From: Vicugna vicugna
Taxonomy: Eukaryota
NCBI GenBank assembly: GCA_013265495.1
Contig: MU057521.1
Span: forward strand, 1,066,335 to 1,130,334
Direction of reading: 5' to 3'
Length of the DNA stretch: 64,000 nt
Below the pieces are notes generated by a model. The model did no database searches, was not told the origin of the DNA, and saw only the letters and a list, made by a program, of their open reading frames with translations. Below are positions 1 through 12,500 of this stretch, piece after piece. The position numbers were made by a program, and so were the translations under genes. Position 1 is the first letter of the stretch, and every line of letters starts with the position of its first letter.

Positions 1-139
1 AAGCCAAGCCAAATTGGTACATTTCAAGGTTTTTTTTTCAATCTCTTCCATTTTTTTGTAATTATGAGTTGGGTCCAAGCAATTCAGAACTGTGTGCCAG
101 TCCTGAGGTTATTCCAAATTGCTTATTTTGAGAATGAGT

Positions 140-190
140 ATTAGAAAATCTGGCACACAGTAGGCACTCAATAAATGTTTATGGAATCCT
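140..190 (+). mobile_element. L2 LINE 3' end fragment
   Basis: tggcacacagtaggcactcaataaatgttt is the typical L2 3' terminus. Confidence 0.6.
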
Positions 191-1249
191 AGTATATACA
201 CATGGCAAGTTTTTTTTTTTATTACTGAGACACTTTCTACTTTCCATAGACAGGAGAAGCAAGATGTTCCTGGTGTGTGACACACTGACTCAAGTTCTCT
301 TTGATAACAGGGAGCACTAAAAAGAATTCCCAGAAGAGGCGAGCTCTCTCAGCTTCCTTATTATCATGTCATCTCCCATTCTTAACTGGTTTTCTCAAAG
401 ATCCACAGATATTAGCATAAATATGCTGGAGCCTCACAGTTATTTAGTCCATGAGGATATAGAATTCAGTAATCTATCCAAAACTTGTCACTACCTGAGC
501 TACAAGGGCCTTTATAATACACTGCTTTTTGCAGACTTGGGTACTAGTATGATAGATTGGCCCTAGGGGTTTTCTGTTAATAAAGTGAAAGGAAAAGATG
601 AGGAGGGAGAGAAAAGGGGAGGGGGGAAGAACAAGGCGGGGTGTCTTTTGACCCTCAAACTCAGCATATTTATATAAGCATATAAGACCAAAAAGATACA
701 ATGTCAAAGTTAAACTTGAAAAATTCCATCCTAGGAGAGGTCTTTTCTTTTTTCCTCATAAAATGAAACCTTCCTATCTCCTTATTCTGGAGGAAAAAAA
801 TGAGAAAGATTGATGAAAGCACCTTTTTTTCGAAAGTCCTCTCTGTCAGTTCAGAGCAAGGAAAATTAAAACACCAAACAAATTCATCCATCATGAAATG
901 ACTCTTGTCTCCTTTTCATCTTTCTTCTACTTTCTAGATTGCTAATTTCTCAGTCACCTTGTTTTCACTCCCTGTCTGATGGTGAGCATATTTATAATAC
1001 TTAATATTTACTATACCTAAATATGCTAGTGCTTTAGTACTTAATATTTGCCGTATACATAAGAGTGCCAAGAATTTTATGACTATTAATTAGGTATCTC
1101 AAGCTATGTCAGAAATTAGAATAGGTAAGGAAAGTGAGTTTCAAAAATCAAAAGGATAACTACTGTCTTTAGTAAAAACTTTAGGATTTCATCCAGATGC
1201 TGGGGTCCCCTATCACACTTAAATATTAACTGCATGACTGTAGGCAAGG

Positions 1250-1478
1250 GTATTAGTCAGTATAAGTTATGTTATGATGTGGTGACAAACAATCCCAAAA
1301 CCTCAATGGCTTGTAACAACTCAGGTTTATTTCCCACTCATACCACCTGTCCATCACAGGGTGATCATGGCTTTGTGACAGAGGAAAAAGAGAACATGGA
1401 AAATTACATGCTGGCTCTTAGGGCTTCATATCAGGAGTGGTCCACATCATTTCCACTCACAGTCTACTGGCCAGAGCA
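1250..1478 (-). mobile_element. MaLR LTR fragment (old MLT1 subfamily)
   Basis: gtattagtcag...gtgacaaacaatcccaaaacctcaatggcttgtaacaac...tttatttcccactca resembles an MLT1 end. Confidence 0.6.
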
Positions 1479-1479
1479 A

Positions 1480-1558
1480 AGGGTTTGGTACTATTCATGG
1501 CTTTACGCATCCTCTGGGGCCCCTGGAATTTATCTCCTGTGGATAAAGGAGGACTATT
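1480..1558 (+). mobile_element. Tigger-family MITE end (MER2-like)
   Basis: catcctctggggcccctggaatttatctcctgtggataaggaggacta resembles the MER2/Tigger terminal repeat. Confidence 0.55.
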
Positions 1559-1974
1559 ATATTTTTTCAAACCCCAAATTCTATGATACAATAACACAGA
1601 AGGGGTCAACAAAGTATGGGAATTCTGTGAAAACACTCTAGCCAGGATTTTCTTTAAAATATATCTGCTTCATAATTATACTCAAAATTTGAAAATACTA
1701 ATCCAAGTCTTCTAAGCCGCTCACTAGAAATCTTTGCCCCTGAAGTTACTATATCTAAGAGGCAGTCTTAGAATCTCACCCAGGCTTGGCCTGTGCAAGG
1801 AAAATCCATGGGTTTCTGGTTCTCATTCAATTCACACTGAGAGAATCATATTATTTACCTGGTTATACTGAAATAGGAGACTGAGGCCTATAGTCACAAT
1901 CCTTTTTTTAAAAATCCAAAAACAGGCGTTGGAAGAAGGAAAAAGACTGAAACCTACCAAGTGATTTATATAAT

Positions 1975-2310
1975 ACTGGTTTGGAATGCCTTATCTGAAA
2001 TCCTTGGAGCCAGATATGTTCTAGAATTTATAATTTTCAGGTTTCAGGAAAGTAATACAGTGCATATATTAGATATTATTTAATACCTTCATCAAGCTAT
2101 ATGAAGCTGAACCCACAATATTAAACATTCCAGCACCAAAAATGTATAAATATAAATGCACATAAGTATAAAAAATAAAGACAATAACGAACTTTATGTG
2201 TGCTCTGATCTGATTTTTTCCAAGTAAGTTTGCTGCAAGCTTATAATAAAATTCTGGGTTTTCAGAGCTTAGAGAATTTGGAAATTGTGGATAAAGGTCT
2301 GTGGACTTGT
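1975..2310 (-). mobile_element. Tigger-family DNA transposon (MER46C-like)
   Basis: Ends ccttatctgaaatccttggagccaga and ttttcagagct...gaaattgtggataaaggtctgtggacttgta, flanked by TA. Confidence 0.6.
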
Positions 2311-2349
2311 ATTTTATTTAATATTTAATATATTCCTATTTACTAATCT

Positions 2350-4880
2350 GTAGCATATACTAAGTGAAAAAAGCAAGGTGGAGAAAAGCATGAATAGTAT
2401 GCTATCTTTATTTTCAGGGGATATAAATATTAGCTTATATTTTAAAAATTTGCTTATACTGAAAAAAAAAAGAAGAAAATGTACATCAAAAACTAAAATA
2501 ATAGAAGCAAGGAGAACAGAGAACATAGGTTTCTCTGAATATACCTTGACTGTAAAAAAAAATTGAATTAAAAATTATGTAATCCTTAAAAGTCTAAAAC
2601 AAAATGAAGCAAATAAACGGGCTGGTGCAGAATCGAGCTGGCAGCACGACCACACCAAGAGGGATGATTTCAACGACTCTAAAACACAGAATTTAAATGA
2701 ACATCCTTTAGTGAAATATAAGCTAAGGACTAAAAGAACTATTGAAAAATTTAATTGCTTTCAGTTATCACATTGTTGGTGGTAGTGTTGGCAGTCGTTA
2801 ATCTGAGACTGTTGTCTGTATATTTTGAGATAAAGCAAATGAGTAAATGATATGCTGGTTTGAGTTGGGAACTGGGATTCCAACATCAAAAAAGATGATG
2901 CAGATGTATTGTTGAAAGGAAAAAAACAAAAAACAAAAAACTTGAGCACTTGAATTTGAGTTGGAAGTATCAGTGTGAACCCAACAAGCAAATTGAAAAA
3001 AAGAGTACAATGAAGTAAGGAAGAAATAAAACGAGAGGTGAAACCAATACTTCAAGGAGACTTGATAAACATGTCAATCACTTATTTACACATGTATTTC
3101 CTTGCTCTATCCATTGATAAGACCTGGAAATAATGACCTTATAAGCACCAAAAAGCAATGAGATTATGGTTTCTAAATATGGCCTCCTATTAAAAGGAGA
3201 CATGGTTGATTCCAGGTCTGGGGCAGGAAATGAACAACATAAGCCTGAAATTCTTCTCATCCCAAAAGACAAGTAAACCACTGGTGTTCTATCAAAATGA
3301 GTGAGGGGCCAACTCAAAGAAGTTCTGAGTGGCCCAAACTGGAACAATTTCAGAATCAATAAGTATACAATCGATTGAAATTGATCAAATATGTCTAAAT
3401 CTATGAAACAAACTCACTGGTCACTTTCACAGGATGTTGACACCAACATATCATTTTTGAAAACAGGTCAATAAAGGAAAAGAACCAAGCACTTAATCTA
3501 GCTTTCCTGTACAGTCTATCTCTGGGTGACCAAATAGTTGATGAGGAGACATTTCTCTTTACAGAAAAAATTATCACACTAGTAAATAAAGAAGGAATGG
3601 TAGAATTAGAATATCCCTCTTTTGTAATTTTTAATTAAATAATTAATCTAGTCATTGCTCATCGATGGCTGCTGGCATAACAAGAAGAGAGAAAATTGGA
3701 CATTATGTTCTTTGTGAGGGACATCATTAAAAAAAATAAAACTTGAGTCCAATCAAGCCTCCAGATTTCATTACCAATTTATAACAAATACAGGGGACAG
3801 AGAAAGATAAAAAAAATGACATTATGGGGATGCAATAGGCAAATCTTATGCGTCATGCATATCTTTTTATCCAGATGTTTTGATAACTGGGGCCTTACTG
3901 ACCATGGGAGACTGCCCTCCCAGGGCTAATTCCTAGAAATAGTAAAGAACTCACCTTTGCGCACACCTTTCATATACAAACTAACCAATTCAGAGCCAAC
4001 ATCCCCCAAACTCAGGCTCTAGGGCCAGGTACCAGACAACTGAACAGCCCTTATGACTCACAGCCTACTGAAATTCAAACTAGCTAGTCTTAAACTTGCT
4101 TGCCTACCTTGCTTTGCCTTTCCACAGACACCACAATAAAGGCACTTGCCCACATTTTCCTCCTGCCCCTTCTGCCTCCTGACTGACCCCGATGCTTCCC
4201 CGTGTGGCTCTGCATGGCCTGGCCTGCCCCTTCTCTTGGGAACTGTGAGTAACACATTTTCTTTTCAGTGGCAGTCATCTCCTGATCTGTTGGCCTCACC
4301 ACACCTGAACAATAATAAAACCTACATTTTAAATCACCTTGACTGTGTAAAAACTCTACAAGACAAATGACGAACAAATTACAATGGAATTTACCTCCGT
4401 TTTTTAAAAAAGAAAGACAGCAAGGGGATAAAATAAAAGAGAGAAAATCTTTTGTTAAAAGAGTTGTAATAAACATATTAACCAATCACAAAGTATAAAA
4501 TATATTTTACTCTGAATGTGAACCAACTCTTAAAAACATTATGAGACTAATGGAGAAATTTGAAAACTGACTGGTTAGCCGATTTTTGATATGATGAAAT
4601 TGATGATCGTATTTTTTAGGTGTCATTATAGAATGGTTGTTAAAGTTTTAAAAAGAGACTTTATTTTTTCACGATTCATACTGAAATATTTATGGATTAA
4701 ATGACAGAATGTCTGTGATTTATAACAATCCGGAGTTACGGGTGTTGGGTAAAAGCAGGAAAAAGTAAGAGCGGCTTAAAGGAATAGATGTTGAATCAGG
4801 GTTATGAATACCTGGGGGCTTATTATGTATCTACTCTGTTTAATTGTGAAATCATTGAAGACTTTCATAATAAAAAATTA
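2350..4880 (+). mobile_element. Old L1 (L1MC-like) 3' region, interrupted by an LTR at 3849-4336
   Basis: A-rich decayed L1MC 3' UTR motifs (gaaggaatggtagaattagaa, actctacaagacaaatga, tactgaaatatttatgga), ending cataataaaaa. Confidence 0.65.
3849..4336 (+). mobile_element. Solo LTR, probably ERVL class (MER54/73/74-like)
   Basis: TG...CA ends, AATAAA at 4135-4140, degenerate 5-bp TSD tctta/ccttg; splits an L1MC motif. Confidence 0.65.
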
Positions 4881-4929
4881 TAATCCTTCAAAGAAATTCC
4901 TTTGAAGAACATGTCAAATGCACCAATTT

Positions 4930-5020
4930 TTAGAAAAGACAAGTGAATTCAGAATGACTAAATAACTTGCCCAATTGCCAGTGGTGGAGCCAGAATCCAA
5001 ATTCAACCTCTTTGCCCTCC
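4930..5020 (-). mobile_element. MIR fragment
   Basis: aataacttgcccaa...gtggtggagccagaatccaaa core motif. Confidence 0.55.
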
Positions 5021-6307
5021 AAAGTCAAAAGAGAGGCTACCTCCGGAAGTTGTTCCCACAGCTCATCTGTAAATGGAAGAGTCCGGTTCTCCCTTATTCC
5101 CCAAGGCAACAGCCAGCAGCAAGGGGGACAGTTGTATGTGTGGCAACAGCAGCCTCAATATCAGGACCCCCGCTGGGATCCTAGCACTTGTTTTCTCTGG
5201 ATTGTACCCCACCCCTCACCTCCAACTCTCCCTGGCCACACAGGCCTCCCTGACTGTTCTTTAAATTCTCCTTTCAACACCCCATGGTGCCCTGCAGAGT
5301 GCCCCAGAGTGCACACAGACACTGTCACCTTAAGCGTGCACAGATTCACTCTCGGGATATTTTCTAAGCTTTCACTTTTCCAGTAATTTTTGGTGAAATA
5401 TAACCTTTCACCTTCAGTTTATGAACCACATGAATTAACCTCGCCATTTTTTTGCCTGCATTTTGGACTCCTAATGCCAGGTCTTGGCTTGACCCCCTTC
5501 CTTATACCTCAGACTCCCCTTCTAAATTGCTTTTGACTGTTTGCAAAACTCAAATCTGATATGAATAATTGTCAAAATACAAAATCGCCATGTCTCTCGC
5601 TTATTCAGGGCTAGAAACTGGAGTAAGTGCTTTAGGAATAGTATCCTTTTTAATCCTCAGAATAGTCCTTCAAAGGATGAGGATCTGCCAGCACCTAGGA
5701 TGTTTAAAGAGAGAGCTCTGGGAAAGGGATTAGGGTGGTCTCAAGGTTTGAATTAATCTTGACCTCGACAAAGGATTTAGCAGCCTAGACACCAAGATGA
5801 GTCTTTAAATACCAGTTTGTCTCTCATCTGACTCTGGAGATCATTCTCAAAGAAAAAGACCCTCTGAGTATCAGTAATCTGCTCTCTCCAACCTCTTCCC
5901 CAAAATGATTATCAAACAGCATGTGATCATTTTTTTCTTTTTCTGAATCCAATGTTCTTTACTCAGGATTGCATAGAATTTGTTTTAGCATCTCACAATA
6001 TATAAAGCTATTTGAGAAAGTCAATATATGAACTTGCCTTTTGGGTTTCTGCATAGAACAGAATTGCAAGGATATAAAAATTCAACTACGAAGTTTTTAT
6101 TCCTCTCTCCCCATTCTTTTTGCCCTTCCCCATGCCAGGTCCACCTCATGGTGTTTGCCACTATTTTTCTTCATTCAAACATCAAATAACCACCTGAACC
6201 TATCAACTGTAAATGTCTCAAACCGCCATGGGGCAGAGTGAGCCCCACTTTCTCCTACAAGAATTTCACCTTATGCAGACTAAATTTAGAAAGTTATCAA
6301 CTTCTTG

Positions 6308-6460
6308 GTAGCTCACAGCAAAAAAGAAAGTGACAATGAATATACATATGTTCATGTAAAACTGAAAAATTGTGCTCTACACTGGAAATTGACACATTGT
6401 AAACTGACTATAACTCAATTTTAAAAATATTAAAAAATAATAATAAAAAAAGGAAGGAAA
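6308..6460 (+). mobile_element. Young, heavily 5'-truncated L1 3' end
   Basis: Perfect 18-bp TSD aaagttatcaacttcttg at 6290-6307 and 6461-6478; L1 3' UTR motif acattgtaaactgactataactcaa; A-rich tail. Confidence 0.85.
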
Positions 6461-7036
6461 AAAGTTATCAACTTCTTGAAAGAGTTAGGGAGTTTTCAAA
6501 TTCAATTTTCTTGTTACAGGCTTTAAACTGTTTCCTAGTTCTGGTGCATTAGATCCTGGGGCATGGAAAAAAATTTTGCCTTTGATGCAAGTTTTAGAAA
6601 GAAATGTAGGTTTGTGCTGCACATCACTGTTAGGGAGTCAGTGTTTTTTCCACTCCTGTTAGCCAATAGGACAGAAACCATGAGCTTAAATGAGTTTAAT
6701 TCTTCCATTGAGACAGTTGTCATTCCTCATCAGACATCAAATATGACAGCACGAGATGTCACCCTCCTAAGACCCTCATCACCTATTACTTTCGCTCCCA
6801 TTTGAAAATTAAATGCATGAGCAAATCTTTAAAAAGTATTTGAAAAGTAGCATATTTTCCTTATTGGATGTACAAGTGCTATTCTAAATAATTTACTTCA
6901 GAAATCTATTATTCCTTTATGAGTTTGGTCCCTGTTCCTCTTAGAGGCTTATTTCTCTTACCTGATAAACACCACATTTTCTCCATTCATCCTTTAAAAG
7001 CCATCTGCTCCATCTTTCCTGATTAACTCCCCCACC

Positions 7037-7055
7037 AACACACACACACACACAC
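7037..7055. repeat. (CA)n microsatellite
   Basis: Seen directly. Confidence 0.9.
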
Positions 7056-7515
7056 TACAGACCTTAAGCACAAATAGATTATTTAGCCTCATTTAGTAGC
7101 AAGTTACTTCCGCATACATTTATTACTTCTACTCATAGCTAGTCATAATTAACTAGATTGGAAACTCTCCAAGGGCAGGAATTATTTTATTGTTTTATCC
7201 TCTAGTGCAGGGCCTGGCTCTGAATAAATGCAGAGTGACTCGTTAATTCGCAGCCATTAATTATTTGGGCAAGTGTCAAATGTATTGAGATGATGGTTTA
7301 ATAATAATCACCTGCAGTAATGACAACACTCACATCAATTTAAGTCCTTGTCTCTACTGGCTAACTTCTTCCAGAAAATGCTTATGAATTTTGCATAAGA
7401 TTGTGGTCGTTCTTGACATTACTGTTTCATGAGATTTATAATCTTGCAAGCCATTTGTCACTGAAACAATGTGGAAGATAAAAGTAATTTCAGTAATACA
7501 CTGAAAATGTTCTGC

Positions 7516-7782
7516 TGTTGAAATGTTTGTACAAACATCGAATAAAATGAGGAGAGACATGTTTTAGAAATACTCTAGGCTGGTGACAAGGACACAGAAA
7601 GCAGTGCTGTTAGGCCCTGGGCAAGGATGTACCTAACTCGCAGAGAACCAGTTTTCTTGGGGCCCCATTAAAGATTAACTGGGACTGAAGAGGACAAAGA
7701 CCCACCTACTGCTCCCTCTTATATTCTCTGGGGGGACTGGGCTTAGAGCTAGTTACCAGCAATGATTCGCTCCTCCTCAATT
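7516..7782 (+). repeat. Local duplication, copy 1
   Basis: Collinear with 10506-10780; exact blocks tgttttagaaatactcta, agaaagcagtgc, aggatgtacctaact, aagattaactg. Confidence 0.9.
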
Positions 7783-8889
7783 AGACCTCTTGCTATGTAA
7801 TAATCTGTTAGAAAAAGTGAGATGTATTAATTTTCAGGACATCAAAATTCCGGATGGGAGAGAGGGTTGTGGCACAGCTACAAGGGCCCCATCACAGCAG
7901 AAGCATGACTTATGTATTCATTCATTGCACAAATATTACCTCCCACATGGCCAGGCACACATCACACTCTTACTGTCTCATCTGGTGGCAGAGGTGGGCA
8001 TACACATCTCACAGTGTTATGAAACACACACCATGACAGGTGCCAGGGAGGCACCTCCTTCCTGAGCCCAGGCCAAACCTTCCAGCTCAAGCTTAGAAGC
8101 TTCAAAAATGCTTTCCCATGAAGCATTGATTTCCCAAATAAATCAGGGACTTATTCCTCACCTCCCCCCAGAAAAGATTGGAGATAAAAATCAGGTAATA
8201 TAACATTGCCCAAAGTGTATTCCAAGGACCACTAGTTCTGCAGGATGATAACAACTGTTACGCAGTGGGGTGGGGTGGGGTGGGGGAATTCCTGGTCCCT
8301 GAAGCCTGGAAACCGCTGATTTAACTAATGTAGGATTTTTTTTTTTCAGATCCCTTAAAATGTTATTGTGCATTATGAATCACTAGAAGAGGACACAGTA
8401 CGCAACAGTTCCCAGAGTTAGCTAAATGCAGATTTCTTTTTCCAAGGGACCTTTTTCTCATTGGACACACTCTTAAGAAACCGTTCTCAAGCTTTCCCGA
8501 GGCCCACTCTCTCCATAATGTAAACACAGTACAAAGTCAATCATAAAAATATGTTGATCTCAATGATCAAATATTAAGGTCCTAAAGGAGGGTATAAATC
8601 CATTTCAAAGATCAAGAAATGCTGGATGATGGATTTTTTCCAAATGCTTTCTTCCTAGTTTAAATATGTGTAGACAAACTTCTTCCCAGCTCCCAGGACT
8701 GGACTCTCGGCCGCCCTTAGGGTGCCCTACTTCAGGCTTACGAATTGGAATACAAGCTTGGTTTCCTGTTTCTCCAGCAGAACTGGAAAATATGTTGATG
8801 CAGCTTAAAAAACAAACACTGTAACTCAGGAGCTTAGGCAGCCTAGCTTTAGGTAGGTCAGAGCAGCCTCTGCAAAACCAGGAGCTGCG

Positions 8890-9072
8890 GACACGGGTTC
8901 TGAGCTGCAGCTGTACATTAGAATCACCTGGAGAGCTTAAACAAACCCCATGCCAGGATCCAGACCCGCCCCAGATGAATTAAATCAGATTCTCTGGAGG
9001 TGAGGCCTGAGAATTGTTCTTTTTAAAAACTCCCAGGTATTTCTAATGTACAGTTAGGACTGAGAGGCACTC
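8890..9072. mobile_element. MER5-type hAT-Charlie MITE
   Basis: acattagaatcacctggagagctt...aaatcagattctctggaggtgaggcc...ctcccaggtatttctaatgtacag. Confidence 0.75.
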
Positions 9073-9162
9073 AAACCCAAAAGGTCCATCTGTAAGTCAC
9101 AGCAGCCAGCTGCCAGCCTGCCCTATTTTCAGGGCTTGGTAGTTTGGGGAGGACTTGCAGAG

Positions 9163-9531
9163 TTACATTAATTTGCTTGAGCCACTGTAACGAAGTGCAA
9201 CAAGCTAGGTGGCTTACACAGCAGAAGTGTATTTTCTCACGGTTCTGGGGGCTGGAAGTCCGAGATCAAGGTGTTGTCAGGGTTGGCTTCTCCTGAGGCC
9301 TCTCTCCTTGGCTTGCAGACATGGTCCTTTCTCTGTGTATGCCTCCCTGGCGTCTCTGTGTTTCCAAATTTCCATCAGTTAGATTGGAGAAGGGCACAAT
9401 CTAACCCCTCATTTTTAGTGAATCACTTTTTTAAAAGTCCTGCCTCTAAATACAGCCACATTCTGAGGTGCCAGGGGTCAGAGTTCCAACATACGAATCT
9501 GGGGGAGACACAACTCAGGCTTTATGTAACA
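9163..9531 (-). mobile_element. MaLR LTR (MLT1A/B-like)
   Basis: ttctcacggttctgggggctggaagtccgagatcaaggtgttgtcagggttgg hallmark. Confidence 0.8.
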
Positions 9532-10364
9532 AGTGTAATAGGAGACCCCAAAGTCTCCAGGAAACACTATATTGTCGTAACCACAAAACTGACACTTTTC
9601 CTGCTTCCATCACAGTTAAGCCCATGACACAACACAGGGAAAAAGAACAGCTTTGCCCCTTGAAGTAAATAAAAAATAACAAAGTCACCCTGCCTAGTAT
9701 GGCTCCCGAGAGAATAAAAATTTGAACACATCCCATAAACCTTAATTTTCTTTAAAAAAAAAAAAAAAGGCCAGGGTGGGTGGTGTTTAACTTCTTTGAC
9801 AGTGGTATTTTCAGGTATAACACAAACTTTGTGAATATGATAATCATGTGAAAAATTTCTCTTTTCCCTGCATGTACAGACTAATAACAACTAAAATAAA
9901 TATAATAAAGACAAATGTCATATCACCATAAACCAGTCGTCTAAATTTGATCATCTTAGTAAGCTTTGTGGTATTTTTCCACTAAACACCTGTTGTGGTT
10001 GTTACTGGGCACATCAATCCTTTTGAAGTCTGACACCCTTGTACTTTGAGAGTGAAGAAAAAAATATACATTTTTCTTTTCCAAGTGCTTTTGTGTCTGA
10101 GTCTTTTTGCAGTGCTGGAGTCTCCAGCGAAGAGATTTCAGTGATGAAGGGGTTTCACTTGCCAGAGCTGACGGAACAGCTTCACCTCAGAATGCACTCA
10201 CTTCGCGTGCTGTGCGAACCAAGACGTGCCTTTTTTTCATTTGCCGAATGAGTCTTAAGCAGCCAGAGAGCTTTACTGTCACTGTTTTTTCCTTCCTAAC
10301 TCTGTGCTTTTCTGGCAATTTCTATTTGAATCAAGTCTGATTCCGAGTATGGTTTGAACACGGG

Positions 10365-10460
10365 CAATAATTTATTCCCCATTAATGACTGAAAAGTAGA
10401 GATTCGAGGTTTCTGGTGGCCCGTGTCAGGTGGCAAATGGCTGGGACTCTGGTTTATCTG
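10365..10460 (-). mobile_element. MIR fragment
   Basis: ttattccccatt...gactgaaaagtagagattcgagg...ggctgggact. Confidence 0.4.
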
Positions 10461-10505
10461 GTTTTTTGTTTATTTGTTGGACCTGGAGGTTCTGATACCT
10501 TTGAC

Positions 10506-10780
10506 TATTGAAATGTTAATACAAACGTCCTATACAATGAGGAGAGGTGTGTTTTAGAAATACTCTAAGCTGAGGACAAGATTAGACGTAGAAAGCAGTG
10601 CCAACAGGCCCCAGGAGAGGATGTACCTAACTGACCTGCAATGAGCCAGCTTTCCTGGGCCCCAAGTGAAGATTAACTGAGGCCCGAAGAGAACTAACAC
10701 CTCCCCACCCCTCTATCCCAGATTCTCTGAGGGACTGGGTTTATGGCGAGTCACCAGCCAACCATAACTCCCCATCAATA
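10506..10780 (+). repeat. Local duplication, copy 2
   Basis: Collinear with 7516-7782, offset about 2990 bp. Confidence 0.9.
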
Positions 10781-11859
10781 AGAGCACATCATTCAAGAAA
10801 ATTTTCTGGGCCTACAGGAGAGGCAAACAATCTTCGAGGCCTACAGTGGCTGGACCCTGGAGTGAGCTTTTCTGTCCCATTTATTATTTCTCTCTAGCTG
10901 AGGTTATAAAACTGAAGCTGCCAGTTCTTTTTGTGTGAGAAAAAAATTTTTTTTTCTTTTCTCTTCTTGCAAAAGAAAGGTAATGAAATAGTTTGCTTAT
11001 CACATTCTGTATGTGCAGCTACCCACTCCCTCTCTTCTCCTACCTCTCATCTTCTTTTCTTCTTCCCCAACCCCCTAAAAAAACCTTTGGAGATTAATTG
11101 GTTATAAAGACCTTTCATGTTGTGTGCCCTCGATGGATACAAATTGGTCAGATAAAGGAGGGGAAAATTAACAAATTACATTACAAAGTTATTTGTATTT
11201 ATGGGAGCACTTTTCTTCATTGGCATATAGAAGCACTCATGAATTTAAAGTAATAATTTTAAAGATTTAAAATAAATTTAAAAGTAATTCCAGAAAGACA
11301 GAAGAGTCAGATTTTAATGTTTTCAATGTGTTGGTTCTTAAAAAAAAAAAAAACTTCAAAAGCTTGCTACATCTATACCTCAGAGGAATAAAAATTTCAT
11401 TCTCAGATAAATTAATGGCCTTGGTTATACGTTACAAGATAAAAAGCACAAGAATGCTAAGGGACTTCAAACACAATTTAAAGACTTTTCAATATTTGGT
11501 TTATAAATATAGATAGATGTTCATAAGGTATAAATCTTTTGAAAAGTTTAAGAGCCTTGCTCAAGGTGAAAATTTTAATTCAAAGCAATTAATTATATTT
11601 CTTCCTGATTTTATCACAATACCAGAAAGAATATTCTAGTTTATACAAAAGTTGGGTTTATTTTATCATGGAAAGCCTAATTAATCTAAATGTTCTAAAG
11701 TTCCATGAGTCAAGAAAGTTTCCATTATTATAAAAATGTGAAACTATTTGCACAACTAAATAAATTATAATAATTAATGTCCTTTAAAAGAATTTACTCT
11801 GGTTAAATATGATAATTCTGTATTATATATATATGAAATCATATACACACATGAAATCC

Positions 11860-12500
11860 CTATTGTTTACATTGAAGTGAAATTCATGTAACATAAAACT
11901 AACCATTTTGAAGTGTCTAAGACAATAGCGTTTAGTATATTCACAATGTTGTACAACCATCGCCTCTACCTAATTCCAAAACTAGATGGGGTTTTCATCA
12001 CCCCAAAAGAAAACCTCAAACCGTTAAACAGTTACTCCCTACTCCTCCCCATCCCCAGCCGCTGGCAACTACCAGGCTGCTTTCTGTATCTGGATTTACT
12101 TGTTCTGGATATTTCATATAAATGGACCTTTTGCATCTGGCTTCTTTCGCTTAGCATAATGTTTTCATGGTTTACTCATATTGTAGCATATATCAGTACT
12201 TCTTTCATTTCAACAGCTGGAATAATATTTCATTATACACACACACACACACACCCCACATTTTGTATATACATTCAATTGTGATGGACATTTGGCTTGT
12301 TTCCACCTTTGGCTATTGTGAATGGTGCTGCTACAAACATTCATGTACAAGTATTTATTTAATACTTGTTTTCAGTTCTTTTGAGTATATTACCCAGGAA
12401 TGGAATTGCTGGGTCATATGGTAGTTCTATGTTTAACTTTTCCAGGAACAATCAAATTGTTTTCCACAATGGCTGCACCATTTTATATCCTTACCAATTA
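11860..12500 (-). mobile_element. L1MB-like 3' end
   Basis: tattcacaatgttgtacaaccatcgc, ctggcttctttcgcttagcataatg, ggaattgctgggtcatatggtagttctatgtttaac. Confidence 0.85.

Noticed and set aside
7516..10780. The duplicated copies as the LTR pair of a provirus
   Set aside because: No PBS, PPT, TSD or retroviral coding remnant between them; the interval holds old MER5, MLT1 and MIR pieces
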